Shown here one piece after another: positions 54,001 through 63,547 of a stretch of 64,000 nt of DNA. The position numbers and the translations under genes are program-made. The notes beneath the pieces were generated by a model. That model ran no database searches. It worked only from the letters and a program-made list of their open reading frames with translations, and had not been told where the DNA came from. Source of the stretch: Eledone cirrhosa (taxonomy: Eukaryota); contig OZ024752.1 of the NCBI GenBank assembly GCA_964016885.1, positions 12,338,001 to 12,402,000 on the forward strand. The letters are read 5' to 3'. Position 1 is the stretch's first letter; the number at the start of each line of letters is the position of its first letter.

Positions 54001-57000
54001 CTGGGTGCTTTTTGTATTGACACCTACATGACCACTTTACAGTGTAGGCTGAATGCTTTTTGTTGTGACACCTACATGACCACTTTACAGTGTAGGCTGA
54101 ATGCTTTTTGTTGTGACACCTACATGACCACTTTGCAGTGTAGGCTGGGTGCTTTTTGTTGTGACACCTACATGACTACTTTACAGTGTAGGCTGGGTGC
54201 TTTTTGTTGTGACACCTACATGACTACTTTACAGTGTAGGCTGAATGCTTTTTGTTGTGACACCTACATGACCACTTTGCAGTGTAGGCTGAATGCTTTT
54301 TGTTGTGACACCTACATGACCACTTTACAGTGTAGGCTGGGTGCTTTTTGTATTGACACCTACATGACCACTTTACAGTGTAGGCTGGGTGCTTTTTGTT
54401 GTGACACCTACATGACCACTTTACAGTGTAGGCTGGGTGCTTTTTGTCGTGACACCTACATGACCACTTTACAGTGTAGGCTGGGTGCTTTTTGTCTTGA
54501 CACCTACATGACCACTTTACAGTGTAGGCTGAATGCTTTTTGTTGTGACACCTACATGACCACTTTACAGTGTAGGCTGGGTGCTTTTTGTTGTGACACC
54601 TACATGACCACTTTACAGTGTAGGCTGGGTGCTTTTTGTCGTGACACCTACATGACCACTTTACAGTGTAGGCTGGGTGCTTTTTGTCTTGACACCTACA
54701 TGACCACTTTACAGTGTAGGCTGAATGCTTTTTGTTGTGACACCTACATGACCACTTTACAGTGTAGGCTGGGTGCTTTTTGTCGTGACACCTACATGAC
54801 CACTTTACAGTGTAGGCTGAATGCTTTTTGTTGTGACACCTACATGACCACTTTACAGTGTAGGCTGGGTGCTTTTTGTTGTGCCACCTACATGACCACT
54901 TTACAGTGTAGGCTGGGTGCTTTTTGTATTGACACCTACATGACCACTTTACAGTGTAGGCTGGGTGCTTTTTGTTGTGCCACCTACATGACCACTTTAC
55001 AGTGTAGGCTGGGTGCTTTTTGTATTGACACCTACATGACCACTTTACAGTGTAGGCTGGGTGCTTTTTGTTGTGACACCTACATAACCACTATAGTGTG
55101 GGCTGGGCTGGGCTCTTTTGTCGTGGCTCCAGGGGGGATCACATTATAGAGGAGGTTGGAAACTTGAGAGGGATGGGGAGGATGCTTTGGGAAATTAAGG
55201 ACGTAGGTATAGGGGAGGATTTTTTACTTTTATAGTCTCTACTGGCATGCTTATCTTAAACAAGGTTTAACACTTTAGCATTTAAACCGGCAGTATCCAG
55301 CCAGAATTCTCTCACCTCTTTCTGCTCAAACTGGTCGCTCATACTGACATTATGGTATTGTTCTCAAAATAAATAGCATCAAAATCTCATAGATTCGATA
55401 TTATGTGAGATAATTATGCAAGATAAAGCCTCTAACACAAAAATACAATAGTATATATAGAGTAATGTAAATGCTAATGGTTTAAATAAGGGATTAAAAG
55501 CATGTGCTTGCTAATATACCCCTCGGTGTTGTCATTGCTATTTTCATCAGAATGCAAATATGGTGTACTAGGATTTTTTTCAACACACTGATGAGTATGT
55601 GTGTGTGTTTGCATGTGTGTATATGCACAGGCATAAATATAAATACAGACACACTTACAAAAATACACACTCACAGACATACACTTACACAAATACACAT
55701 AGACACATACATTCCCACAGACACACACATACATTCACACAAACACAAACATATGCATGCACAAACATACAGCGTAGCAAATGGAACACCAGCCGCTGTT
55801 TTGCAATAGCTTTTTCACCATCCTCTTCCTTCCTTTTACACACACGCATACATTCACACAAACACACACACATTGTGTGACGGAGAGACAGAACTCACTC
55901 AAATTTATACGATACAAAAATACCCCGAAATGTTGCATTTTCATACAGTAAATTTAACCCTGGGATAATTTCCATACAGTCTTAAAAAAGGAAGAACACA
56001 TTGAATAATATATTCTTAGGTAGACATATATATAGCACCGATTCTCAATGAGAACAGACATGAAGACTAAACAACAGTGCCGGGTTTCGGACAAATGAGG
56101 GCGTGTGCTAGTTAAGTTATGAGGCCCCTTACTTGGGCCTTGAAGAAGGTAAAAAAATTATTTGGCAGGAAGATGCCCTCCTGGGCAACGGGACCCTGAG
56201 CAAAAGCACAGCTAAGCGCAATGGTAAATCCGGCACTGCTAAACAGTAACAAAGATGACAACAATGATATAACTTACCTGAGACAGCAGTTTTATAAGTT
56301 CCTCACTTGATCCATAAACCATTCCAGAGCACCAACCTTTCTTCCAGTCAACATTACCAAACTCTCGATACCTTTTCACTTCTTTCATAACATCTTCCTG
56401 TAATGGCAACAAACATATTACATCTATATATTAATTTCAACAATGTCAGTATTCCGTGTGTCATAATTCTCGATTATCATTGGTTCATAGGTTTCAAACG
56501 ACTCCGCCCACCTCAGCGACGCCAAACTTAAATTAATATGCATGATGCCAATGAGGGAGTGAGAGGGGAGAGTAAGAAACAGAGAGGCAAAGTGAACGCT
56601 GTGTTGAATACACCATGTATGTGTGTCAGTGTAGAGACATGTGTGTGATGTGTGTGGAAATAAGAGGGGAAGGAAAGCAATAACTATTAACATGTGTGGC
56701 GTGCGTGTGTATGTACGTGCGCATATGTTTATGTGTGTGTGCGTGCATGCAGTGTTCCACAGAAAGTAAAAACTATCAACATGTGTTAGTGTGTGCGTGT
56801 GTTTAAGTTTGCGTGCATGTGCACGTTTCTATGCGTGTATGTGTGTGTACGTGCGGCATCCCACAATCGCCACGCAGTTTATCTGTCTGTGTGCCTGTCT
56901 GTCAGTCAGTCTAACATACACAGAGTTGTGAAGGAAGTAAATAGGGACCTTGTATATGTATATTACTGCATTACTGCACCAGCTTCAGCAATTCTTACAC

Positions 57001-60000
57001 TTAATTCAGCCTCCTGCCTTCCATCAACATGGCCCCAAGATACTTGAATTTCTCCACATAGTTCAAATGTTCTTCCATAAAATCATGATGGAAAGTTTTT
57101 AGATAAATATAAACACTTTAACCCTTTAACATTTACAATACTCTATCATCATCATCATCATCATTTTACGTCCACTTTTTCCCTGCTTGCAAAGGTGGGG
57201 CGGGAACTGATTCTGGCTTGATTTCTACAGCTGGATGCCCTTCCTAACACCAACCTCATTTACAGTGAGTGCTGGGTGCTTTTTTCCCGTGGCGCCTACA
57301 CGACCACTTTACAGTGGAATGATAGGGACCCCAGTCCCTATCATCTCATTTCTACAGCTGAGTAAACTGGAGCAATGTGAAATAAAGTGTCTTGCTCAAG
57401 GAAACAACACATCACCCGGTCTGAGAATTGAACTCACAACCTTTCGATTGCAAGGCCAATGCTCTAATCACTAAGCCATGTGCCTCCATATATTTTATTA
57501 TATTTTATTATATTTTCATGGTAAAATCTATGTTGCATTCCATTATTTCTGTGTCAATAAAGAAAGTAGCAGCCCAGTGCTATGGTACAGCCCACTCTCT
57601 CTCTCACCTGTCACACCTTCGATGTGACAGTTGAGACAGGAGTGGACAAGTGAGGGAGAGGTTATCTGTGTCTGATCTTGACTAGATAAATTATTAGTTA
57701 CTATATGGTGCATGCTACCAAACTCTTCATTATTGTCAATGAGAGTCGTATTATTATTATTATTGTTTTACATTCAAGTAGTTTTAAAAACAAAACAAAA
57801 GCAATAACAGAATGCTTTATGTCCTAATTGAAATTCTAATTATATTCAAACAAATATGATCTACTCTATCAATTGACTGTGCACAGCTGGGAAAGGAGGA
57901 TAGAATAAATGAGAAATAAACAATTATATACTTAAACATGACTAATTGTTAGGGTTTCAGACACTCTGCTTTGCAACATAGAATTGTGGCCCTTTACGTT
58001 TTGGTTCAAATCCCGCCGAGGTTAACTTTGCCTTTCATCCTTACGGGGTCGATAAAATAAAGTACCAGTAATGCACTGGGTAATTGCTGGCCTTGTGCCA
58101 AAAGTAGAAACAATTATTATTAATTTGCTTTTTAACCCTTTAGCATTTAAACTAGCCGTATCTGGTCAGAATTCTCTCACCTCTTTCTGCTCAAACCGGC
58201 AGCTCATACTGATGTTTGGGTATTATTCTCAAAATGGATAATATCAAAATCTCGTACATTCGATATTATGTGTGATATTCATCATCATCGTTTAACGTCT
58301 ATCTTCCACACTAGCATAGGTTAGACTATTATTATGTGAGGTGAAGCCTTTACCATGAAAATATAATAGTGAATATAGAGTAATGTAAATGTTAAAGGGT
58401 TAAACTATGCATTCAAATAATCATCATCATCATTTTATGTCCGCTTTGATGATGATAATGATGATGATATAAAAAAAAGAGAGGGAGAAAGTGGGAGAAG
58501 AAATACACACTCAATCACACACCACAAAGAGTGCTGAAGTTTCCCTCTAATAATTTTTTAGGTAAGCCAACAAACTCCAAAGGGTCTTTAGAGTAACAAT
58601 ACTCAATAAAATGTGTAACTCAGAGATCAGGGAATCACTCCAGGTAGAGCCGCTACTTCTCTGAATTGAGAGATCACAGCTCCGATACTATGGACATGTG
58701 GTTAGAATGTCTCAGGAAATAATCACTGGAGAGATTCTACTGGCGAAACCAACCAGCAAGAGACCCAGGGGTAGACTCCAATTAAGATGGTTGCATAACA
58801 TACATGGAGCTTGGCTGGTCATGCTTGGGGATTAGTTGGAGACGGTTGCTTCTGACAAGACCTACTGGAAGGAGTGTTTGAGGACTCTTCCAAACGACCC
58901 TCTCAGGAATAAGTGGGTGAAGAAGAAGAAGAAACCAACACACTTCCTGCATTGCAGGGTGATAGCAAGGCTAAGGTGCTGGAATAGTCAAACACCCTCA
59001 CCAAGAGCATCACCTGATATGGCACTAAGGCAAGATGCCAACAATGACAAGAACCTTATTGTCGGTAGCCAAGCTCCCCCAAACATTATGATCGTTACAG
59101 GCTGAATTATATAATTCAGCTAGAGATTTTAGGACCCTAAACTTTGCAGCAGCATTGAGGATGTGGGAAGGAGCAAAAGAGCCATTAACTGCGATGTCCC
59201 AATTGCGACATCTACCTTTTACTAAAGTGCACTCCCCACTCCTTTTTTTTTTATATAAATAGTTTTTATTTGAATACATATTTATGTAAAATAAAAGTTT
59301 CTTTTTCTCATTTCAAACATTTATTTTTAGAATCCATGGCGGATTGGTAGTATCGGTAAAGCACTGGACAACATGCTTTATAACATAGAGTTACGGCCCT
59401 TTACGTTCTGAGTTCAAATCCCGCTGAGGTTAGCTTTGCCTTTCATTCTTACAGGGTCAATAAAATAAAGCAGCAGTATTTCACTGGATTCGATTTCATA
59501 GACTTTCCACCTCCCCCAAAATTGCTGGCCTTGTGCGTAAATTAGAAACCATTATTGGAATAGTTTTAAATATTTGAATTAATAATCTACTAGAGGGATA
59601 AGTTACTCAGCGATGCCAACACCCTAACCACTTAGCCACACACCTCCACTTTGTTTGGCATAACTTGTACATATATAGATTTCTGAAACAAACACTCAGT
59701 ATATTGGAGCAGTGTGAAATGAAGAGATTTGCTTAAGAACACAACACACAACCCAGTCCAGGAATGGAACCCATGACACTATGATCATGAGTCCAACACC
59801 CTTACCACTTAGCCACACACCTCCACTTTGTTTGGCATAACTTGTACATATATAAATTTCTAAAACAAACACTCACTGAGGACAATCCTTTGCTTGGTAT
59901 AACTTGTACATATGGTTCAGATTTAACAGAGTGCTTGATACTGTCACTAATCTGTTGAGCAGTTTCATTCAAAGACTTGTTTATTTTCCTCTGCACGGCT

Positions 60001-61112
60001 GGAATTTTCCTCACCAATTTAAATGCTGTTCTTTTTATCCTCAAAGATAAATCTGAAATCACAGAAAGTGTAAGATAAGACTGGTGTGAAAGGAATTTAG
60101 TTAGTTTTAATGATTCAAACCACAACATATAAAACCGTTTTTCTGTCAGGAAGGAATGGTGAGATAGGGTGGTACTAACCACTGACCTGCAGCTGTTCAT
60201 CAGTAGCACTGCGCTCTCTTTGAAGCTGTTCCAGCTCGAGTTTGGCAGCAGCCAAAAGTTGTGCTTGCCTGTTCCTTTCCTCTTCAACACCCTCTCTCTT
60301 TGATTGTTCTTCTGCCAATAGTTGCTCTTGTATAATTTTCAGTCTTTCAAGCTCTTCTCGTTTCTCGAATTCTTCTTGTAATACCCTTAACCTTTAACCC
60401 TTTAGCATTTAAACCAGCCATATCTGGTCAGAACTCTTTCACCTCTTTCTGTTCAAATTGGCCATAACTGGCCACTCCTACTGATGTTAAGCTATTGTTC
60501 TCAAAATAAATAATTGTTTCTACTTTAGGCACAAGGCCAGCAATTACCCAGTACATTACTGGTACTTTATTTTATCGACCCCGTAAGGATGAAAGGCAAA
60601 GTTAACCTCGGCGGGATTTGAACTCAGACTGTAAAGGGACGTAACTATGCTAGAAAGCATGGCGTCCAACCCTCTACCGATACTGCCAATTCACCGAAAT
60701 AATATCATCAAACTCCCACAGATTTGATGTTATGTGAGATAAAGCCTTTTACTATGAAAATAGAATAGTAATGTAAATGCTAAAGGGTTAAAAATACTTG
60801 TATATATTATACATTCTATACATACATACATGTGTATGTATGTATAATGATGATGATTATGATAGTGATGGTGGTGATAATGATGATAATGGTGGCGGCA
60901 GTGATGTTGATGACAATGATGAGAAACGAAAGAAAAATATTTTAAATAGATTCTATCCATTACTCACGTTCTTCAGAGTCGAGTAAGCTGTGTAGTTTTA
61001 TCACAATTACTGTTGCCCCACATGAAAAAAGGACAATTTGCCAGGGAGGCTTTCCTTCAAATAGTTTGTTTACTTTGTCTTGAATAAATTTGGTTCCAAT
61101 AAAAATTGGATT
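19217..61112 (-). CDS. SGPL1: Sphingosine-1-phosphate lyase 1 (PLP-dependent), spliced gene, 14 coding exons found; start exon unresolved
   Basis: Exons join in frame into 540 aa with family motifs [45 protein letters not shown] (PLP lysine), [17 protein letters not shown] and [14 protein letters not shown]. All introns are GT-AG. Confidence 0.97.
19375..19845 (+). mobile_element. CR1/L2-group LINE 3' end with internal ~59-bp triplication
   Basis: [33 protein letters not shown]. Other copies at ~22380-22600(-), 23110-23430(+) and 25315-25440(+). Confidence 0.82.
20228..20461. mobile_element. Second TTAA-type MITE family (copies at ~18296-18440 and 39307-39540)
   Basis: ttaa|cccttt ... aaaggg termini with a shared AT-rich interior. 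Confidence 0.7.
21148..21849. repeat. 27-bp tandem array (26 units)
   Basis: Unit gcccatccctctccaggcctgagtaca. A single-copy progenitor occurs in dispersed repeats at ~15020-15118 and 23780-23920. Confidence 0.98.
22195..22379 (-). mobile_element. SINE family A copy
   Basis: Family consensus match. Confidence 0.88.
23431..23752 (+). mobile_element. Two tandem SINE family A copies (second 5'-truncated)
   Basis: Family consensus match. Confidence 0.85.
24245..24992 (-). mobile_element. RTE-like LINE 3' fragment interrupted by a (GTA)n-gtgtaggtgccatcaag minisatellite
   Basis: [17 protein letters not shown]...[26 protein letters not shown], with a (TAC)n tail. Confidence 0.8.
25133..25253 (-). 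CDS. SGPL1: SGPL1 coding exon M (121 nt)
   Basis: ttttag|(S)[40 protein letters not shown]|gtaagt. Confidence 0.96.
25451..25790 (-). mobile_element. SINE family B head plus RTE-type tail (near-identical copy at 57146-57486, partial at 42143-42440)
   Basis: tRNA-like head on the minus strand, central domain and (GAT)n tail. Confidence 0.85.
25856..27113 (-). repeat. Duplicate of the 24255-24929 LINE block with an expanded (GTA)n minisatellite
   Basis: About 360 bp nearly identical to 24255-24615, followed by ~940 bp of the same minisatellite. Confidence 0.9.
27707..27885 (+). mobile_element. SINE family A copy
   Basis: Family consensus match. Confidence 0.88.
28422..28568 (-). CDS. SGPL1: SGPL1 coding exon L (147 nt)
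   Basis: cattccag|(V)[48 protein letters not shown]+tc|gtaagt. Confidence 0.96.
30037..30154 (-). CDS. SGPL1: SGPL1 coding exon K (118 nt)
   Basis: ttttag|(G)[38 protein letters not shown]+gt|gtaact. Phase 2 matches the next exon. Confidence 0.95.
30220..30612. repeat. (GA)n/(TA)n microsatellite complex with a triplicated flank
   Basis: gttatgtaaagcattc occurs three times, interspersed with GA tracts. Confidence 0.9.
31152..31272 (-). CDS. SGPL1: SGPL1 coding exon J (121 nt)
   Basis: ttttcag|[40 protein letters not shown]+g|gtatct. Confidence 0.97.
31420..31898 (-). mobile_element. Two SINE A copies (31420-31612, 31696-31898) inside an AT-rich dispersed repeat whose empty copy is at ~61278-61730
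   Basis: The first SINE is flanked by TSD tttgaataaataat. The host sequence is collinear with 61278-61730. Confidence 0.85.
32228..32402 (+). mobile_element. Mariner-derived MITE (TA TSD) retaining a transposase HTH fragment
   Basis: TIR caagggtaatcccaaagtaa / ttacttttgggattgccctcg. Internal [31 protein letters not shown]. Confidence 0.82.
32474..32660 (+). mobile_element. SINE family A copy
   Basis: Family consensus match. Confidence 0.9.
33077..34380. repeat. 37-bp minisatellite (~35 units) with higher-order structure
   Basis: Alternating tatttccttcataacactggtcagcttggacctgtgc / tatttctattataacaccggtcagcttggacctgtgg units, with a 296-bp block duplicated. Confidence 0.96.
34488..34634 (-). 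CDS. SGPL1: SGPL1 coding exon I (147 nt; ends at the PLP-binding lysine)
   Basis: ttctctag|[49 protein letters not shown]|gtaaaa. Confidence 0.97.
34703..34918. mobile_element. MITE with ~48-bp TIRs
   Basis: aataaacatttaaaagccttgcagcgatgaattttggaagctga ... tcagcttccaaaattcatagctagaaggctttcaaatgtttatt. Confidence 0.75.
35218..35280 (-). CDS. SGPL1: SGPL1 coding exon H (63 nt)
   Basis: cttttacag|[21 protein letters not shown]|gtaaat. Confidence 0.96.
37600..37707 (-). CDS. SGPL1: SGPL1 coding exon G (108 nt)
   Basis: cttctag|[36 protein letters not shown]|gtaagt. Confidence 0.95.
37843..38516 (+). repeat. 45-bp tandem array (15 units) of the SINE A tRNA head
   Basis: Unit gggtggtggattggcagtatcggtagagggtcggacgccatgcta. 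The last unit continues into a full SINE. Confidence 0.97.
38473..39103 (+). mobile_element. Three head-to-tail SINE A copies separated by attattactgaaga
   Basis: Three B boxes and 3' ends; the spacer occurs four times. Confidence 0.9.
39877..40201. repeat. (CAC)n-rich minisatellite abutting the exon F donor
   Basis: cactgacaccatcacacccaccaccac units. Confidence 0.92.
40221..40257 (-). CDS. SGPL1: SGPL1 coding exon F (37-nt small exon)
   Basis: gtctttag|(I)[12 protein letters not shown]|gtgagt. Supplies the conserved HAAFDK motif; phases fit. Confidence 0.95.
42518..42614 (+). ncRNA. Type I hammerhead ribozyme with long loop II
   Basis: Stem I tttttattaatt/aatttatgaaaa, CTGATGA (42530-42536), stem II tcca/tgga with an A.A mismatch at the base, GAAA c-atgc-g. 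Predicted GUU cleavage after 42602. Confidence 0.6.
42716..42813 (+). ncRNA. Type I hammerhead ribozyme
   Basis: Stem I catctcctatacattttat/ataaaataaatagagatg, CTGACGA (42735-42741), stem II gaacatgt/gcatcttc with inner ttatgt/acataa, GAAA t-atat-a. Predicted AUA cleavage after 42795. Confidence 0.82.
42872..43010. repeat. ~37-bp tandem repeat (4 units)
   Basis: aaatctcaccctcttcttttgaaggggggatggccag. Confidence 0.85.
43680..44868 (+). mobile_element. Non-autonomous Helitron
   Basis: A|TC 5' start, subterminal hairpin cccgagcaacgccggg, 3' CTAG|T and no TSD. Confidence 0.75.
44215..44582. repeat. ~91-bp tandem repeat (4 units) inside the Helitron
   Basis: ctatgaggtcactaaacctgctagaaacagcagctaactctcc...tactgtcttaaatttagaaaac. 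Confidence 0.92.
44872..45148. repeat. ~120-bp-arm palindrome (second copy at 3828-4230)
   Basis: Arms ~44872-44992 / 45004-45122 are reverse complementary; ends in (TA)n. Confidence 0.9.
45165..46530. mobile_element. Cluster of four RTE-tail non-autonomous elements in both orientations
   Basis: 45165-45278(+), 45282-45625(-), 45900-46130(+) and 46170-46530(+), all matching 9050-9412. Confidence 0.85.
47114..47304 (-). mobile_element. SINE family A copy
   Basis: Family consensus match. Confidence 0.9.
47553..47641 (-). CDS. SGPL1: SGPL1 coding exon E (89 nt)
   Basis: taccctag|[29 protein letters not shown]+at|gtaagt. Confidence 0.97.
47708..48845. repeat. 66-82-bp minisatellite (~16 units; variable 8-bp ataaatat sub-repeat)
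   Basis: aacaactatacacaaacacacactagtgaccaaagatagaatataaatat(ataaatat)atacagatgttataac. Confidence 0.96.
49370..50245. repeat. 42-bp (GAT/GGT)-rich minisatellite degenerating into variable units
   Basis: tccatggtggtgtagtgatggtgatgttggtgatgatgatat. Confidence 0.95.
50289..50417 (-). CDS. SGPL1: SGPL1 coding exon D (129 nt)
   Basis: tacttcag|[43 protein letters not shown]|gtaagt. Confidence 0.97.
50483..50862. repeat. 29-30-bp tandem array (~13 units)
   Basis: gttcacttaaaaatattttttagaaatcat. Confidence 0.97.
51062..51337 (+). mobile_element. RTE LINE 3' end with (GAT)n tail
   Basis: [38 protein letters not shown]. Confidence 0.88.
51676..52050 (-). mobile_element. Young RTE-tail non-autonomous element
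   Basis: Reverse complement of 9050-9412. Confidence 0.85.
52064..52285 (-). mobile_element. RTE LINE 3' fragment
   Basis: [35 protein letters not shown]. Confidence 0.85.
52695..55100. repeat. 48-bp tandem array (~50 units) expanded within an RTE-tail element
   Basis: ctgggtgctttttgttgtgacacctacatgaccactttacagtgtagg. Confidence 0.98.
56075..56238. mobile_element. hAT-like MITE
   Basis: TIR cagtgccgg/ccggcactg with an 8-bp TSD ctaaacaa/ctaaacag. Confidence 0.78.
56278..56397 (-). CDS. SGPL1: SGPL1 coding exon C (120 nt)
   Basis: cattacag|[40 protein letters not shown]|gtaagt. Confidence 0.93.
58590..58932 (+). mobile_element. RTE LINE 3' end with (GAA)n tail
   Basis: [21 protein letters not shown] frame. 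Confidence 0.75.
59877..60052 (-). CDS. SGPL1: SGPL1 coding exon B (176 nt)
   Basis: gatttcag|(H)[58 protein letters not shown]|gtgagt. Confidence 0.92.
60187..60391 (-). pseudogene. Orphan exon encoding an E/Q/R/K-rich coiled coil (tentatively SWAP-70/DEF6-like), not part of the SGPL1 frame
   Basis: 68 stop-free codons [68 protein letters not shown] ending at cag|gtcagt. The acceptor region is interrupted by a TTAA MITE. Confidence 0.6.
60398..60787 (-). mobile_element. TTAA MITE carrying SINE A (60511-60696)
   Basis: TTAA TSD at 60394-60397 / 60788-60791; TIR ccctttagcattt. Confidence 0.88.
60968..61112 (-). CDS. SGPL1: SGPL1 coding exon A (145 nt; N-terminal membrane anchor region)
   Basis: tttctcacag|[48 protein letters not shown]+c|gtgagt. 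Phase 1 matches the next exon. Confidence 0.85.
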
Positions 61113-62075
61113 CTGTGAGAAACAAATAAATGGAAAATACAAACATTGAATTACTTTTGTTTCAGCAAGTAAACAACAAAGCGTGGCTGAGCTGAGAGAG
61201 AAAAACAACTGGGTTTAAGAGGAATCAGATGTAGTGTACAAAAGAGAAGACTGTGCTGGTATGGACATGTGATGCATCATAATATAATAAAGGAAGGAGT
61301 GTGGGACTGTGTCCTCTTGATATTTTTTTATCCCGTTAGTAAAATAAGTTGGATTACTTTGAATAAATAAAGTATTCTTTGAATAAATAATGAATGAATA
61401 TTACATAATTTATGTACTAAATTTTGTAACTGTTGATTAAACATAAATATTCTTATATATAACGATTGCTTATTTTAAGATTCACTTCTTTTAAAATTTT
61501 CAAATGTCAATACTTCCAGTTATGATATAACAGACGCTATATCATATCACTTATATAAACGTCCATATATTTACATTGTTGCATCATAACGTTTATATTT
61601 CTGTCGCTAATTTTCTCCTTTTTTGTTTTCATTAACTTTCACCGTAATACAGTTTATATATAATATTGTCTTTTTTAAATGTATCATGGATTACTTTACT
61701 TACAGAAGAGAGTATAACACAGTCTTACCTTAAATGATATCTTGTTATCTTATATATATATAAAGAGAGGTGGAGGGACCATACTTTTTCCCTTACATCA
61801 CCTAAAATTCTATGTGTACTTGTAGCTTAACCCTTTAGTATTTAAACCAGCTGTATCTGGCCAGAATTCTCTCACCTCTTTATGTTCAAACCAGCTGTAA
61901 CTGGCCACTCATAGTGATGTTAAGGTATTGTTCTCAAAATAAATATCAAAATCTCATAGATTTAATATTATGTGAGGTAATGCTTTTACCGCGAAGATGT
62001 TATAGTAAATATAGAGTAATGTAAATGGTAGCGGGTTAATTGCTATAAATTAATATTTTGTTTCTCGTCTCTTAC

Positions 62076-62090
62076 TCCATTGGACAGCAT
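62076..62090 (-). CDS. SGPL1: Possible short SGPL1 initiator exon (MLSNG)
   Basis: atg ctg tcc aat gga|gtaaga is phase 0 and compatible with exon A. There is no other support; the real start may lie outside the window. Confidence 0.2.
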
Positions 62091-62543
62091 TTGGCTTGTG
62101 CCAGAAGCTGTGACCCTGTCTAGATTAGCAGTACCATTGGTAGGGGTAAAAACTGCCTGAGTTCACATCAACGGCTGATGACCCTGGAGGTCTGTGTCCT
62201 TCATTTCTATTTTTATATTTTAAAAATAACTTTTTAAGGTACCACAACATCCAGTCCGAAATAAATGAGGTCGTGTAGGTGTCACAACAAAAAAACACAC
62301 AGTCCACGCTGTAATGTGGCTGTGTAGGCAACACGGTAAAAACCTCCCAGTCCACACTGTAAACGTGGTTGGTGTTAGGAAAGGCATCCAACTGTAGAAA
62401 ACCCGCCAGACAGTCCTATACGAGCAAGACAACCACTCTTGCCTCAAGTGGGAAAATTCCCGTCAAAACCCATGCAAGCGTGGAAGATGGACGTTAAACG
62501 ATGATGATGATGATGTCTTGTCCTCTCTTTGTTAATTTCCTTA

Positions 62544-62602
<59 letters not shown>

Positions 62603-62615
62603 TTGTTTATATATA

Positions 62616-63502
62616 CAGGGTGCGGACGATATTTGTTTGCAATTTTCAACTGCTAATTTTATGCAAATTTTTTTTACTTCCGTTGTCACTCTTGTCTTCA
62701 TAAAAACAGTGACTATATTTCCATTATTTATTTTCAGGATAATTAATTATGAATAATTTTGAACCTCCAAATTTGTGGAAGAGACACAGAGTTCTTCTTG
62801 GAATTCGCGCCGGGAGGACAAATAAGGATCAGAAGATCAACTCCCAGAACAACAGGTGGCTCGCTGTCTCATCCAAAGGCGTGCCCAGAGTCATGCAGAC
62901 AAAGTTTGCAGCGACAACATTGGTCTTAGGTGTCGTCAACAGTCAAGGTAACATCATGCCACCTCACTTCTTCCCTGAGGGCCTCAAGCTGAACACCGAT
63001 GGCTACATCCGCGTTCTGAACGAGGTAGTAAAGCCCTGGATCGACCAGGTAGCTGCAGGTAGGCCGTACGTGTGGCAGCAAGAGTCAGCGCCCTGCCATA
63101 CCAGCCGAAAGACCCAAGCCTGGCTGTCAGAGAACTTCATCGACCACTCTTCACCTGGCATCTGGCCCCCCCAGCTCGCTTGACTGCAACCCCCTCGACT
63201 TCTTTGTGCTGGGCGCAGTGGAACGAGACACCAACAGATCTAGCTGCAATACGAAAGACGATCTGAAGGCCAGGATCACAAGTGCCTTAAGAGGCCTAAG
63301 TCGGGGACAGTGACGAAGGCCTGTAGCTGGTTCCGAGGCCGCATTGAGGCCGTCATCAAAACCAATGGTGGTTTTATCGAGTGAGATCGAAAGAACAAGT
63401 CATGAAGACAAACTGACCCAAGTTTGATAAATATATCTTAAAAAATAAAACTACTGTGTTACTTTTTCCTAGACAGTAATCTTGCAAACAAATATCATCC
63501 AC

Positions 63503-63508
<6 letters not shown>
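62616..63508 (+). mobile_element. Internally deleted maT (DD37D) Tc1/mariner transposon
   Basis: TA-flanked TIR cagggtgcggacgatatttgtttgcaa. Transposase VWQQ(E)SAPCH...WPPSSLDCNPLD has 37-aa D-D spacing after correcting one frameshift. Confidence 0.9.

Positions 63509-63547
<39 letters not shown>

Noticed and set aside
52780-55149. Cys-rich 268- and 389-aa ORFs
   Set aside because: This is the 48-bp satellite, and variant units introduce TGA stops freely.
56940-57085. Possible extra SGPL1 exon ([14 protein letters not shown])
   Set aside because: It is a LINE RT motif with stops or frameshifts, and the SGPL1 frame is complete without it.
59802-60290. 162-aa ORF as a single exon
   Set aside because: Only 59877-60052 is SGPL1-like; the upstream part is an alternative frame of the orphan exon plus intron.
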